DNA of 64,000 nucleotides from an uncultured bacterium (GTDB lineage Bacteria; Chlamydiota; Chlamydiia; Chlamydiales; FEN-1388): NCBI GenBank assembly GCA_964514655.1, contig CAZEQY010000001.1, positions 9,614 to 73,613 of the forward strand, read 5' to 3'. Shown piece by piece: positions 55,774 to 64,000 of this stretch (position 1 is its first letter; each line of letters starts with the position of its first letter). The notes under the pieces were generated by a model. It saw only the letters and a program-made list of their open reading frames with translations, ran no database searches and was not told where the DNA came from. The position numbers and the translations under genes were made by a program.

Positions 55774-56280
55774 TTAAACCTTCTTTTTTTTGAATTCAAA
55801 AAGCCAGATCAGTTCGAAGAAGGATGATGCTCCAAAAAGAGCAAGGAGGCTCCACAATGCTATCGGAATTTGATATTCTAGAGCAAGAAGCATAAGAGCA
55901 ATAAATTGCAATGTAGTCATGATCTTGCCAGAAAAAAATGACCTAATTTGCCAATTTTTATAGCTCTTTTTAATTGTCAGATAGATCGAAAAGAGCGCTA
56001 GGCTTATATCTCGGAGTAAAAAGAGGAGGATTTGCCACATAAAAATCTTTTCTTCGCTCCACAATATTGCGAGGGCAACAAGCACAAAAAGCTTATCCAT
56101 AAGTGGATCAATGAGTGTGCCAAGAGAAGTTATTTTGTTTAAGCGTCTTGCTAAATAGCCGTCTAAAAAATCTGTAAGCGCCGCAAGAGTTATAGCAAAG
56201 GTGCGCAAAACAACAGAGTCACTTAAGAAAAAAAAAGCCAAAACACCTCTTGAAAGCGATATCAAGGTAGGCAAATTCAT
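55774..56280 (-). CDS. pgsA: CDP-alcohol phosphatidyltransferase (PgsA-like)
   Basis: DFLDGYLARRLNKITSLGTLIDPLMDK matches D-x2-DG-x2-AR-x8-G-x3-D-x3-D. Confidence 0.8.
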   Translation of the reverse strand: MNLPTLISLSRGVLAFFFLSDSVVLRTFAITLAALTDFLDGYLARRLNKITSLGTLIDPLMDKLFVLVALAILWSEEKIFMWQILLFLLRDISLALFSIYLTIKKSYKNWQIRSFFSGKIMTTLQFIALMLLALEYQIPIALWSLLALFGASSFFELIWLFEFKKKKV

Positions 56281-56879
56281 GTGGCTGCAACTTTTTTGCG
56301 CTTTTTCAGGTAGTACACAAGAGCTCCTATAGCTACAAGCAAAAGGATAGTAGCGCCAACAAAAGCGCTTGTTTGATGTACGGAGGTAGATAAGGACTCG
56401 TAATTTTTACCACAGGAATAGGCAAGATAAAAAAGAAGGCTCGAAAAGCCTAAGCAGGCAATGCCATCACTAATCAAAAACTTATAAAATCGCATTTTAG
56501 CTGCCCCTGCAGTCATAAAAATGGCATTACGTATGCCAAAAGGAATCAAGCGCCCAACAAAGAGCGTAAGAACGCCATATTTCTTATAAAACATACGAAC
56601 GCGCTGGATCTTGTCCTGCGACTTTAGCTGGTTGATTCGATCTCCAACCATTCTACCAAGGCCAAAGGCAATGCAATCGGCAATAAAGCTGCCAAAGTAG
56701 GCGGCACAAAAGAGCTCTACTGTATACTCAGGAAGGATAGTGCTTGCTAAAACACCGCTTGCTAGCAATAGAACATCTTCGCTCACAGGCAGGCTAAAGC
56801 CGGTTACCACCAAAAGGGCAAAGATAATCCAAGGAGCGTGAGGGCCAACTTCATGTAACCAAGAGAGTAATGATTCCAT
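56277..56879 (-). CDS. DedA/SNARE-associated family membrane protein (second copy)
   Basis: LPVSEDVLLLASGVL... and YGVLTLFVGRLIPFGIRNAIFMTAG. Its stop overlaps the pgsA start. Confidence 0.8.
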   Translation of the reverse strand: MESLLSWLHEVGPHAPWIIFALLVVTGFSLPVSEDVLLLASGVLASTILPEYTVELFCAAYFGSFIADCIAFGLGRMVGDRINQLKSQDKIQRVRMFYKKYGVLTLFVGRLIPFGIRNAIFMTAGAAKMRFYKFLISDGIACLGFSSLLFYLAYSCGKNYESLSTSVHQTSAFVGATILLLVAIGALVYYLKKRKKVAAT

Positions 56880-56891
56880 AATCGCTGCTCT

Positions 56892-57962
56892 TTATATATT
56901 TTTTAAAACCGGTATTGCAATTTCTGCATCGTGCGCTTTTATAATCTGCGCTGCTTGCAACAGTACCTCATCGCGAAATCGCAAAAATTGTGGCTCTGAT
57001 ATGGAGGTGCTTAAGCAGGAAATTGTGAGATCGATAGAACAAGTTGCCACCTTATCAATATACACCATAATGTTTTGTGAGGTGTCTACAGCCTTGTGCT
57101 GCTCAAGAAATGTGCGCATGTCTTGAACGATGGCAGGAACTTGGGTAAGGTCTTTATGTCGTATAGAAATATTTTCAAGAACGCGTCTATGGGTACGACG
57201 CTGGCCATTTATCACATATGCCTTAGAAAAAAGTGCGTTTGGAATATAAATAGGCTGCTTATCTTTACTTCTTAGGATAGTCTCATACCAGCCAATCTCT
57301 TCGACAGTGCCCTCGATGCTAGAATTTGGCAGGCTAATAAGATCGCCAAGCTGAAAGGGCTGGTTAACGTGGATCATAATGCCACCAAAGAAGTTTGCGA
57401 TAATCTCCTGAGAAGCAAAAGCAATAGCAAGGCCGCTAATACCACCAAAGGCAATAAGCGTATTCACGCTTACGCCTGTAACCTCCATTAGCAATATAAT
57501 AATTAAAACTATAATTATAACTGATGCCAACTTGCAGATACCATAGACCTTGCCGGGATCAAGAGCAATTTCGCGATTTCTACTGCGCTCAAGAAGGACT
57601 TGGCGAATATTGTGGTTAAGCCTAAGCAAGAACCAGCCAACAAGGAGCACAGCGCTGATGCTAAAAATATACTTTAGTCCGCCTGATAGGCTTTCGGTAA
57701 AAAAGCGATCTGAAATGAGATCTACGCACTGTACAGCTGATATAAACCAGATGTAGCAAACAACAGGAAAGAGGCTAGCCTGAACCGCCGCATTCTTGAT
57801 AAGTTCATTCTTTTCTAAAAATTTCTTTTGCAGGCTTGTGCAAAGCCAACGCCAGGCGTGCGTAGTGATTGCCGCCACCGTAAGCACTAACAAAAATGTA
57901 AAAAACCAGGAGGCTTCGCCATCCATAAGGTTAATGATGTTCCAAAGAATTATGCAGTTCAT
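56892..57962 (-). CDS. Small-conductance mechanosensitive channel (MscS family)
   Basis: GGISGLAIAFASQEIIANFFGGIMIHVNQPFQLGDLI is the MscS TM3/beta-domain signature. Confidence 0.8.
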   Translation of the reverse strand: MNCIILWNIINLMDGEASWFFTFLLVLTVAAITTHAWRWLCTSLQKKFLEKNELIKNAAVQASLFPVVCYIWFISAVQCVDLISDRFFTESLSGGLKYIFSISAVLLVGWFLLRLNHNIRQVLLERSRNREIALDPGKVYGICKLASVIIIVLIIILLMEVTGVSVNTLIAFGGISGLAIAFASQEIIANFFGGIMIHVNQPFQLGDLISLPNSSIEGTVEEIGWYETILRSKDKQPIYIPNALFSKAYVINGQRRTHRRVLENISIRHKDLTQVPAIVQDMRTFLEQHKAVDTSQNIMVYIDKVATCSIDLTISCLSTSISEPQFLRFRDEVLLQAAQIIKAHDAEIAIPVLKNI

Positions 57963-58031
57963 ACACCTATAATAATTGATGCGCGATATTAAGTCACTGT
58001 CATATAGTAGAGTTTTACGGAGGATATTTTT

Positions 58032-59069
58032 GTGGACTCGAACTCTCTCATGAAGAACGCTGCAAACTCTTTTTTTAAAGCTTTGTTTGGAATCGCAGGC
58101 CTCATCATAGGATTTCTCATCGTATGCATGGTAATTTCTGCGCTTTTTTCAAACCCTGAAGTGCCACATCAAACAACCCTTCGCATGCTCCCTAACGATC
58201 AATGGAAAATTGCCAATTTTTCACACGAAAAGCCTACGATATTAAAAATTGATATTAACGGCGTGATTGGCCTTGATCACCTGCGAAAAGAAGATGTCTT
58301 CCAGCAGCTTATCGAATCTCAAGATGGCGACCTTGCGCCAGGCCAAGTAAAAGGTATTATCATCCACCTTAATACGCCAGGTGGAACAGCCGATGATGCC
58401 GATGCCATCTACCGCATGCTCTCTGAATATAAAAAGCGCTATAACATACCCGTCATCGCCTTTATAGAAGGCCTTTCTGCATCAGGCGGCACCTATATTT
58501 CCTGCGCAGCAGATAGAATCTACGCTACAGAAGATAGCCTCGTAGGCCACGTCGGCGTGCTTTTATCTCCACCATTTTTTAACTTTTCTAAGCTCATGGA
58601 CAGGCTTGGCATAGAATCCAAGACATTTTATGCCGGTAAAGATAAAGATGACATGAATCCATTTAGACCGTGGCGTCAAGGCGAGGGACAGAACTTTGAA
58701 CGCCTTGTCACCTATATGTACGACCGCTTTAGAGCAGTTGTAGCAAAAAGCCGCCCAAAACTTACTGTAGAAGTACTTACTGAACAAGGTGCCCAGATAT
58801 ATCCGGCACCAGAAGCTGAAACGCTAGGCTATATCGACGGCGTGACACATTCTATCGATGATGTACTAAAAGAATTTACGACAGAACTTGGCATCTACGA
58901 CAACTACCAGTTTGTGCAGCTAGAAAGGCGCGACTTTTTTGAAGACCTATTTGGAGCAAAAGCAACGCTCCTATTTAACCAACAAAAAGAATGGCGCATT
59001 CGTCTTCCGGGCGATATGCATCCAGACTTATATGGAAAGCCCCTATATTTGTACGTCCCGCATGAATAA
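58032..59069 (+). CDS. sppA: Signal peptide peptidase SppA (S49, 36K / SohB type)
   Basis: N-terminal TM segment. IIHLNTPGG and EGLSASGGTYISCAAD (Ser nucleophile context). GTG start. Confidence 0.85.
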   Translation: MDSNSLMKNAANSFFKALFGIAGLIIGFLIVCMVISALFSNPEVPHQTTLRMLPNDQWKIANFSHEKPTILKIDINGVIGLDHLRKEDVFQQLIESQDGDLAPGQVKGIIIHLNTPGGTADDADAIYRMLSEYKKRYNIPVIAFIEGLSASGGTYISCAADRIYATEDSLVGHVGVLLSPPFFNFSKLMDRLGIESKTFYAGKDKDDMNPFRPWRQGEGQNFERLVTYMYDRFRAVVAKSRPKLTVEVLTEQGAQIYPAPEAETLGYIDGVTHSIDDVLKEFTTELGIYDNYQFVQLERRDFFEDLFGAKATLLFNQQKEWRIRLPGDMHPDLYGKPLYLYVPHE

Positions 59070-61716
59070 ATCAATATACCTTGTAGATGCCTCCGGGTTT
59101 ATCTACAGGGCCTTTTTTGCAATCCAAGGCCTTTCTAATAGGCAAGGCGAAGCAACAGGAGCCCTATATGGGTTTATCCGCTCCTACCTTCGCTTAGTAG
59201 AACAGTTTCAACCCGACTATATCGCCGCTATCTTTGATGCTCCGGGCAGTAAAGATTCTCGCGTTGCCATCTATAGCGACTATAAAGCCCACAGAAAACC
59301 AACCCCAAGCGAACTTATAGATCAGATTGTGCAGGCTCAAGAATTTTGCGCGCTTGCAGGCATTCCGATGCTTGCAAAACCGGGCGTTGAAGCAGATGAC
59401 ACTATAGGATCAGTCGCCCTTTGGGCAAAAGAACAAGGCCTTGATGTCTACATCTGCACAAGCGATAAAGATATGGCACAGCTTATCGACGATAAAGTAA
59501 AGATTATAAACCTGCATAAGGACAATCTCATCATCGATAGCGATAAAGCAAAAGAAATTTATGGCGTTGCCCCCAAACAAATGCGCGACTATTTGGCAAT
59601 TGTTGGAGATGCTTCTGATAACGTTCCGGGAGTTTCAGGCTTTGGGCCAAAGTCTACAATACAGCTTCTTGAAACATATGGTACGCTGGAAAACATCCTT
59701 GAGCATGCGAGTGCAATAGGCGGCAAAAAAGGCGCTACACTAGTTGCTGAGCGCGATCAAGCCCTTATCAGCCAAAAACTTGTCACTATCGACACAGCGG
59801 TTGACTTCGAAAAAGACCTTGCCTACTTTACGCCAAAAGAAGCTGATAAGCAAAAGCTCTGGCAATTTTTGCAGAGCAAAAACTTTAGCTCACTTCTTGG
59901 CATGGCTGAAGATGCAAAAAGCGAGCCTGAGCAAGAAGGCACCTACCACACAATAAAAAGCCTAGATGAGCTTGACGCGCTTGTTGCAACGCTTATGAAA
60001 GCAAAAGAGATCTGCGTTGACACCGAAACAACAAACGAAAACCCCCTCTTAGCAAGCCTTGTAGGCATAGGCCTTGCTGAACACACAAATGACGCCTACT
60101 ACATACCGCTAAATGCCGGCATGGCAAGAAAGGACATCAAAGAGCGCTTAAAGCCACTTTTTAGCAACCCCAGTATTGGCTTTTATGGCCATAACATCAA
60201 GTATGACCTGCATGTGCTTGAGCATGCCGGGCTCGATATCGCAACCATTTGCGGCGACACCATCATCTCCTCATACCTCCTAAACGCGCACCAAAGAAGG
60301 CACTCTCTCGATGAACTTTCACTAAACTACTTTGGAAAGAAAAAGATTGAAATCTCAGAGCTCTTAGGTAAAGGCAAAAACCAAATCACCATGGATCAAG
60401 TGGATGTCGAAAAGGTATCTACGTACTGCTGTGAAGACGTTATCTACACTGCGAAGCTCAAAGAAGTACTCGACAAAGAAATTGCAAATAGAAACCTTCA
60501 ACAGCTCCTAAATGATGTTGAGCTACCCCTCATAAAAGTGCTCTCTAAGATGGAAGAACGCGGGGTCTATGTAGACACGCATGTTTTAAAAAAACTCTCT
60601 CAAGAAGTTGCAAAAGACATCCATGCCTTGCAAGAAGACATCTATGTGCGAGCAGGAGGGCCTTTTAACCTTAACTCCCCCAAGCAACTTTCTGAAGTAC
60701 TCTTTGAAAAACTTGGCATTCACCCTCCAAGAAAGGGTAAAACCATGCCCTCAACTAGTGCTGAAGTCCTAGAACTTCTTGCTTACGAACACCCGATTGC
60801 CAAAAAAATCCTTGAGTATCGCTCGCTAGAAAAGCTACGCTCAACCTACCTAGATGCTCTTCCGGAACAAGTAAACCCCGATACAGGGCGCATCCACTGC
60901 ACCTTTAACCAGTCTGTGACGGCTACAGGAAGGCTATCAAGTCAAGATCCTAACTTGCAAAATATTCCGGTTCGATCTCCTCTTGGACTTAAAATTCGCT
61001 CAAGTTTTCGCCCTCAGGATCCTAGCTGGAGCTTTCTTTCTGCCGACTATTCACAAATTGAACTTCGCATCTTGGCGCATGTATCTGAAGATCCACGACT
61101 ACTAGAAGCCTTTCAAAACAACCTCGACATCCACTCCTACACAGCAGCTGAGATTTTTCACGTGCCGATAGATGCTGTTACCGAAGAGATGCGCCATCAG
61201 GCCAAGGCTGTAAACTTTGGCATCATCTACGGCCAGCAGGCTTTTGGCCTATCTCAAAACCTTGGCATACCAATATCCGCAGCTCAGGCCTTTATCGACG
61301 CCTACTTTCGCTGCTATAAAGGCATCAAGGACTATATCGAAAATGCAAAAGCTATCGCCCGTAAAACGGGTAAAGCCGTGAGCCTTACAGGAAGAGAGCG
61401 CCTACTTCCTGACATTAACAGCTCAAACCAGGTGCTAAAATCTGCTGCAGAGCGCCTTGCCATCAACACCCCCTTTCAAGCAACAAACGCAGATATCATC
61501 AAGATGGCAATGATCAATATTGACCGATGGCTCGACAATGAAAAACTAGAGGCAAAAATGCTTCTTCAGATTCACGATGAACTCGTTTTTGAGATGCCGG
61601 ACTCTGAAATTGCTATTGTGAAAGAACAGGTAAAGAGGCAGATGGAGGGCGTATATACGCTCAAGGTGCCCCTTGTTGTGAAAATAAATGTTGGAAAAAA
61701 TTGGGAACAGTGTTAG
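59062..61716 (+). CDS. polA: DNA polymerase I
   Basis: The true start is ATG 59062 (MNKSIYLVDASGFIYRAFFA, 5' nuclease), which overlaps the sppA stop by 8 nt (ATGAATAA). Pol motifs DYSQIELR and QIHDELVFE. Confidence 0.95.
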   Translation: MNKSIYLVDASGFIYRAFFAIQGLSNRQGEATGALYGFIRSYLRLVEQFQPDYIAAIFDAPGSKDSRVAIYSDYKAHRKPTPSELIDQIVQAQEFCALAGIPMLAKPGVEADDTIGSVALWAKEQGLDVYICTSDKDMAQLIDDKVKIINLHKDNLIIDSDKAKEIYGVAPKQMRDYLAIVGDASDNVPGVSGFGPKSTIQLLETYGTLENILEHASAIGGKKGATLVAERDQALISQKLVTIDTAVDFEKDLAYFTPKEADKQKLWQFLQSKNFSSLLGMAEDAKSEPEQEGTYHTIKSLDELDALVATLMKAKEICVDTETTNENPLLASLVGIGLAEHTNDAYYIPLNAGMARKDIKERLKPLFSNPSIGFYGHNIKYDLHVLEHAGLDIATICGDTIISSYLLNAHQRRHSLDELSLNYFGKKKIEISELLGKGKNQITMDQVDVEKVSTYCCEDVIYTAKLKEVLDKEIANRNLQQLLNDVELPLIKVLSKMEERGVYVDTHVLKKLSQEVAKDIHALQEDIYVRAGGPFNLNSPKQLSEVLFEKLGIHPPRKGKTMPSTSAEVLELLAYEHPIAKKILEYRSLEKLRSTYLDALPEQVNPDTGRIHCTFNQSVTATGRLSSQDPNLQNIPVRSPLGLKIRSSFRPQDPSWSFLSADYSQIELRILAHVSEDPRLLEAFQNNLDIHSYTAAEIFHVPIDAVTEEMRHQAKAVNFGIIYGQQAFGLSQNLGIPISAAQAFIDAYFRCYKGIKDYIENAKAIARKTGKAVSLTGRERLLPDINSSNQVLKSAAERLAINTPFQATNADIIKMAMINIDRWLDNEKLEAKMLLQIHDELVFEMPDSEIAIVKEQVKRQMEGVYTLKVPLVVKINVGKNWEQC

Positions 61717-62318
61717 AATTGCCGAGAGTTGCAGTAACAGGTGGCATTGCCAGTGGGAAATCCACTGTTATTGATTTTTTTCAAAAGTTTGGCGCATACG
61801 TTGTCAGCGCAGATCAAATCGTTCATAAGTTTCTATCATCACATTCAGAATTAGAAAAAAAGCTTATAGCTTTAACAGGGAAAGAGGTTCTTTCTGAAGG
61901 CAGAATAGATAGAAAAAAGCTGGCAGGCGTACTATTTAGCAACCCAACACTTTTGCATAAGGTCGAAGCACTCATTCATCCCATGGTAGCCGAAGAAATC
62001 AAAAGGCTCTGGGAGCAGGCTGCAAAGTCTCATACATATCATCTATTTGTAGCAGAAGTCCCGCTTCTTTTTGAAGCAGCACAAGATGGCTGGTATGATG
62101 CGACAATAGCAGTTGTAAGCCCTATCACGGCTTGCAAAAAACGATTTACATTAGGTGATGACGAATATACAAAGCGTGCATCACTACAGTTTACACAAGC
62201 TAAAAAGGCAGAAAAAGCCGATTTTATAATTGAAAACACAGGTAGTCTAGAGGAATTAGAAGCAAAAGTAGCTTCACTCTATGCACTACTTTCACAAGGA
62301 GAAAATCTTGACATATGA
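61701..62318 (+). CDS. coaE: Dephospho-CoA kinase
   Basis: [13 protein letters not shown] (P-loop). The start is ambiguous: TTG 61701, GTG 61710 or TTG 61719. The first two overlap the polA 3' end. Confidence 0.85.
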   Translation: MGTVLELPRVAVTGGIASGKSTVIDFFQKFGAYVVSADQIVHKFLSSHSELEKKLIALTGKEVLSEGRIDRKKLAGVLFSNPTLLHKVEALIHPMVAEEIKRLWEQAAKSHTYHLFVAEVPLLFEAAQDGWYDATIAVVSPITACKKRFTLGDDEYTKRASLQFTQAKKAEKADFIIENTGSLEELEAKVASLYALLSQGENLDI

Positions 62319-63682
62319 CTCAAGAACAAGAACCAAACTTTACTGAAGTAGAAGACACCTCGATCGAAGAGGGTGCACCAAAACCTGAAGGCGAACAAAA
62401 GACAGAAGCCGCAGGCCCCCCTCCTACAATCACGAAGATCGCAGATCTTCAGCGGATGAACATCGACGAGCTTAACCACTACGCAAAAAAGATTGGCCTT
62501 AGACACCTCGGCTCGATGACAAAATCGCAGATGGTGTTTGAGATCGTGAAGGTGCTTGCTGAGCGCCCCAATGAGCTCCTCTACGGCGAAGGCGTTTTGG
62601 AAGTACTTCCTGATGGCTTTGGCTTTTTGCGATCAACAAACTATAACTACCTTCCTTCTGCAGAAGATATCTATGTATCTCCTGCCCAGATACGCCGCTT
62701 TGACTTAAAGAAGGGCGACACGATTGCCGGCACCATCCGCCCACCAAAAGACAAAGAAAAATACTTTGCCATGCTCAAGGTGGATAGAATCAACAACAAG
62801 CCGCCAGAAAAGGCACGCGAGCGCATTCACTTTGAAAACCTAACACCGCTCTATCCAAACAAGCGCCTTGTTATGGAGACAAACAAGGAAAACCTCACAA
62901 CCCGCGTCATCGACCTTATAAGCCCTATCGGTAAAGGCCAGCGCGCCCTTATCGTTGCGCCGCCTCGCGCCGGTAAAACGATGATCCTTCAGTCTGTTGC
63001 AAATGCTTTAGCAGCAAATAACCCTGAAGCTACCCTCATCGTGTTGCTGATAGATGAGCGCCCGGAAGAAGTTACCGACATGCAGCGCCTTGTTCGCGGC
63101 GAAGTTATCGCCTCGACATTTGATGAACCACCAGAGCGCCACGTTCAGGTTGCTGAGATGGTCCTTGAAAAGGCAAGACGACTTGTTGAATATGGCAATG
63201 ATGTTGTCATCTTGCTTGACTCTATCACCCGCCTTGCTCGCGCCTACAACGCCGTACAGCCACACTCCGGTAAAATCTTGAGTGGTGGTATCGACTCTAA
63301 CGCCCTTCATAAACCAAAGCGCTTCTTTGGCTCTGCCCGTAACGTCGAGCAGGGAGGCTCTCTCACTATCATCGCAACGGCCCTTATCGACAATGGCTCG
63401 AGAATGGACGAGGTGATCTTCGAAGAGTTTAAGGGTACAGGCAACATGGAACTCGTGCTTGATCGCCGCCTTGCTGATCGCCGCGTCTTCCCAGCTGTAG
63501 ACCCAATTAAGAGTGGAACAAGAAAAGAAGAACTTCTCTTCCACAAAGAAGAGCTCGACAAGATCTACCTCTTACGTCAAGCAACAGCAGATCTTTCAAC
63601 TCTTGATGCTATGAACCTCCTCATCGGCCGCCTCAAAAAGACAAACAGCAACGTTGAATTTTTGCTCGGCATGAAGGATTAA
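62315..63682 (+). CDS. rho: Transcription termination factor Rho
   Basis: ATGA overlap with coaE. RNA-binding GFGFLR and RRFDLKKGD. Walker A APPRAGKT. An acidic N-terminal extension of about 40 aa. Confidence 0.95.
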   Translation: MTQEQEPNFTEVEDTSIEEGAPKPEGEQKTEAAGPPPTITKIADLQRMNIDELNHYAKKIGLRHLGSMTKSQMVFEIVKVLAERPNELLYGEGVLEVLPDGFGFLRSTNYNYLPSAEDIYVSPAQIRRFDLKKGDTIAGTIRPPKDKEKYFAMLKVDRINNKPPEKARERIHFENLTPLYPNKRLVMETNKENLTTRVIDLISPIGKGQRALIVAPPRAGKTMILQSVANALAANNPEATLIVLLIDERPEEVTDMQRLVRGEVIASTFDEPPERHVQVAEMVLEKARRLVEYGNDVVILLDSITRLARAYNAVQPHSGKILSGGIDSNALHKPKRFFGSARNVEQGGSLTIIATALIDNGSRMDEVIFEEFKGTGNMELVLDRRLADRRVFPAVDPIKSGTRKEELLFHKEELDKIYLLRQATADLSTLDAMNLLIGRLKKTNSNVEFLLGMKD

Positions 63683-64000
63683 GTGATTAGCATACGCGAA
63701 AAGACCCCTGAAGACTCTGAGTGGCTAAAAGAACTGATCGAAAAGGAATGGGGAGGCAATCCCCTCCTCATACGAACGCTATCGTACTATCCTCACACGA
63801 TGCCGGCTCTTATAGCCATTGATGATAAAGAACGAGTAGGGGTTCTTTCGTATGAGATACGAGGTGATATCTGCGAAGTTATAGTACTTCAAGTCTTTAA
63901 TAAGTTTACGGGCATTGGCACTTTGCTGCTTGATGCCCTAAAAACTCAAGCAAAAGCTGCAGGTTGTAAACAGCTATACCTTATGACAACAAATGACAAC
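63683..64000 (+). CDS. GNAT-family N-acetyltransferase, N-terminal part (3' end outside the window)
   Basis: Not in the ORF track because it runs off the window. My own translation from GTG 63683 gives VISIREKTPEDSEWLKELIEKEWGG...VLQVFNKFTGIGTLLLDALKTQAKAAGCKQLYLMTTNDN, with a GNAT motif-A-like xxGIG. Confidence 0.55.
   Translation, partial: MISIREKTPEDSEWLKELIEKEWGGNPLLIRTLSYYPHTMPALIAIDDKERVGVLSYEIRGDICEVIVLQVFNKFTGIGTLLLDALKTQAKAAGCKQLYLMTTNDN

Noticed and set aside
58939-59061. N-terminal 41-aa extension of polA in the ORF track, and similarly 49599..49640 for pgk and 7443..7502 for the SDR-like gene
   Set aside because: The extensions overlap the upstream genes and lack homology-like sequence. 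The conserved N-termini (MNKSIYLVDASGF, MLTVKDLDV, and the signal peptide MFSRKVF) begin at internal ATGs, at least one of which has an RBS.
1-64000. tRNA, rRNA, tmRNA or other structured RNA genes in intergenic regions
   Set aside because: I read all gaps longer than 60 bp and saw no cloverleaf-compatible sequence (no GTTCRANNC T-loop context with matching acceptor stems) and no rRNA-like segments. A proper tRNAscan/Infernal run is still advisable.

Overview
This is a 64-kb chromosomal window that most likely comes from an environmental, chlamydia-like member of the phylum Chlamydiota rather than from Chlamydiaceae. That placement is an inference from gene content. The window has three TLC-family nucleotide (ATP/ADP) transporter genes, a Euo-like regulator and a 1520-aa SecDF fusion. 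It also keeps gene orders I recall from Chlamydia trachomatis: tsp..gltX-euo..recJ-secDF, sohB/sppA-polA-coaE-rho, and murA near argS. I call about 55 protein-coding genes. I saw no rRNA, tRNA or CRISPR array. The housekeeping backbone is gltX, argS, recJ, secDF, murA, pgk, polA, rho, engB, tsaE, coaE and pgsA. Three accessory segments interrupt it. (1) At 3.6-9.5 kb there is a secreted EEP phosphoesterase, a hicAB toxin-antitoxin pair next to a LysE/ArgO exporter remnant, a secreted atypical SDR with a Cys-rich N-terminus and an in-frame G8 tract, and a eukaryote-type phosphoethanolamine-N-methyltransferase-like gene. (2) At 12.2-21.5 kb there is an island with two secreted beta-helix proteins, a BadF/NagK-type kinase, a DXD-motif (glycosyltransferase-like) gene bracketed by two decayed IS200-like/RAYT-type transposase remnants with 20-bp inverted ends, solo copies of that element end, and an ankyrin-repeat protein with a possible His-Asp-Gln-Cys protease-like core. 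(3) At 28.6-32.2 kb a tandem pair of secreted, cysteine-capped beta-helix paralogues sits between euo and recJ. The most interesting signal is the four-member family of secreted beta-helix proteins. Three of them share N-terminal CC / C-x-C cysteine clusters, they lack autotransporter features, and those at 12-19 kb lie beside the REP-like/transposase debris. They are candidates for a lineage-specific surface or envelope system. All functional calls come from reading motifs in the supplied translations. No database search was run.
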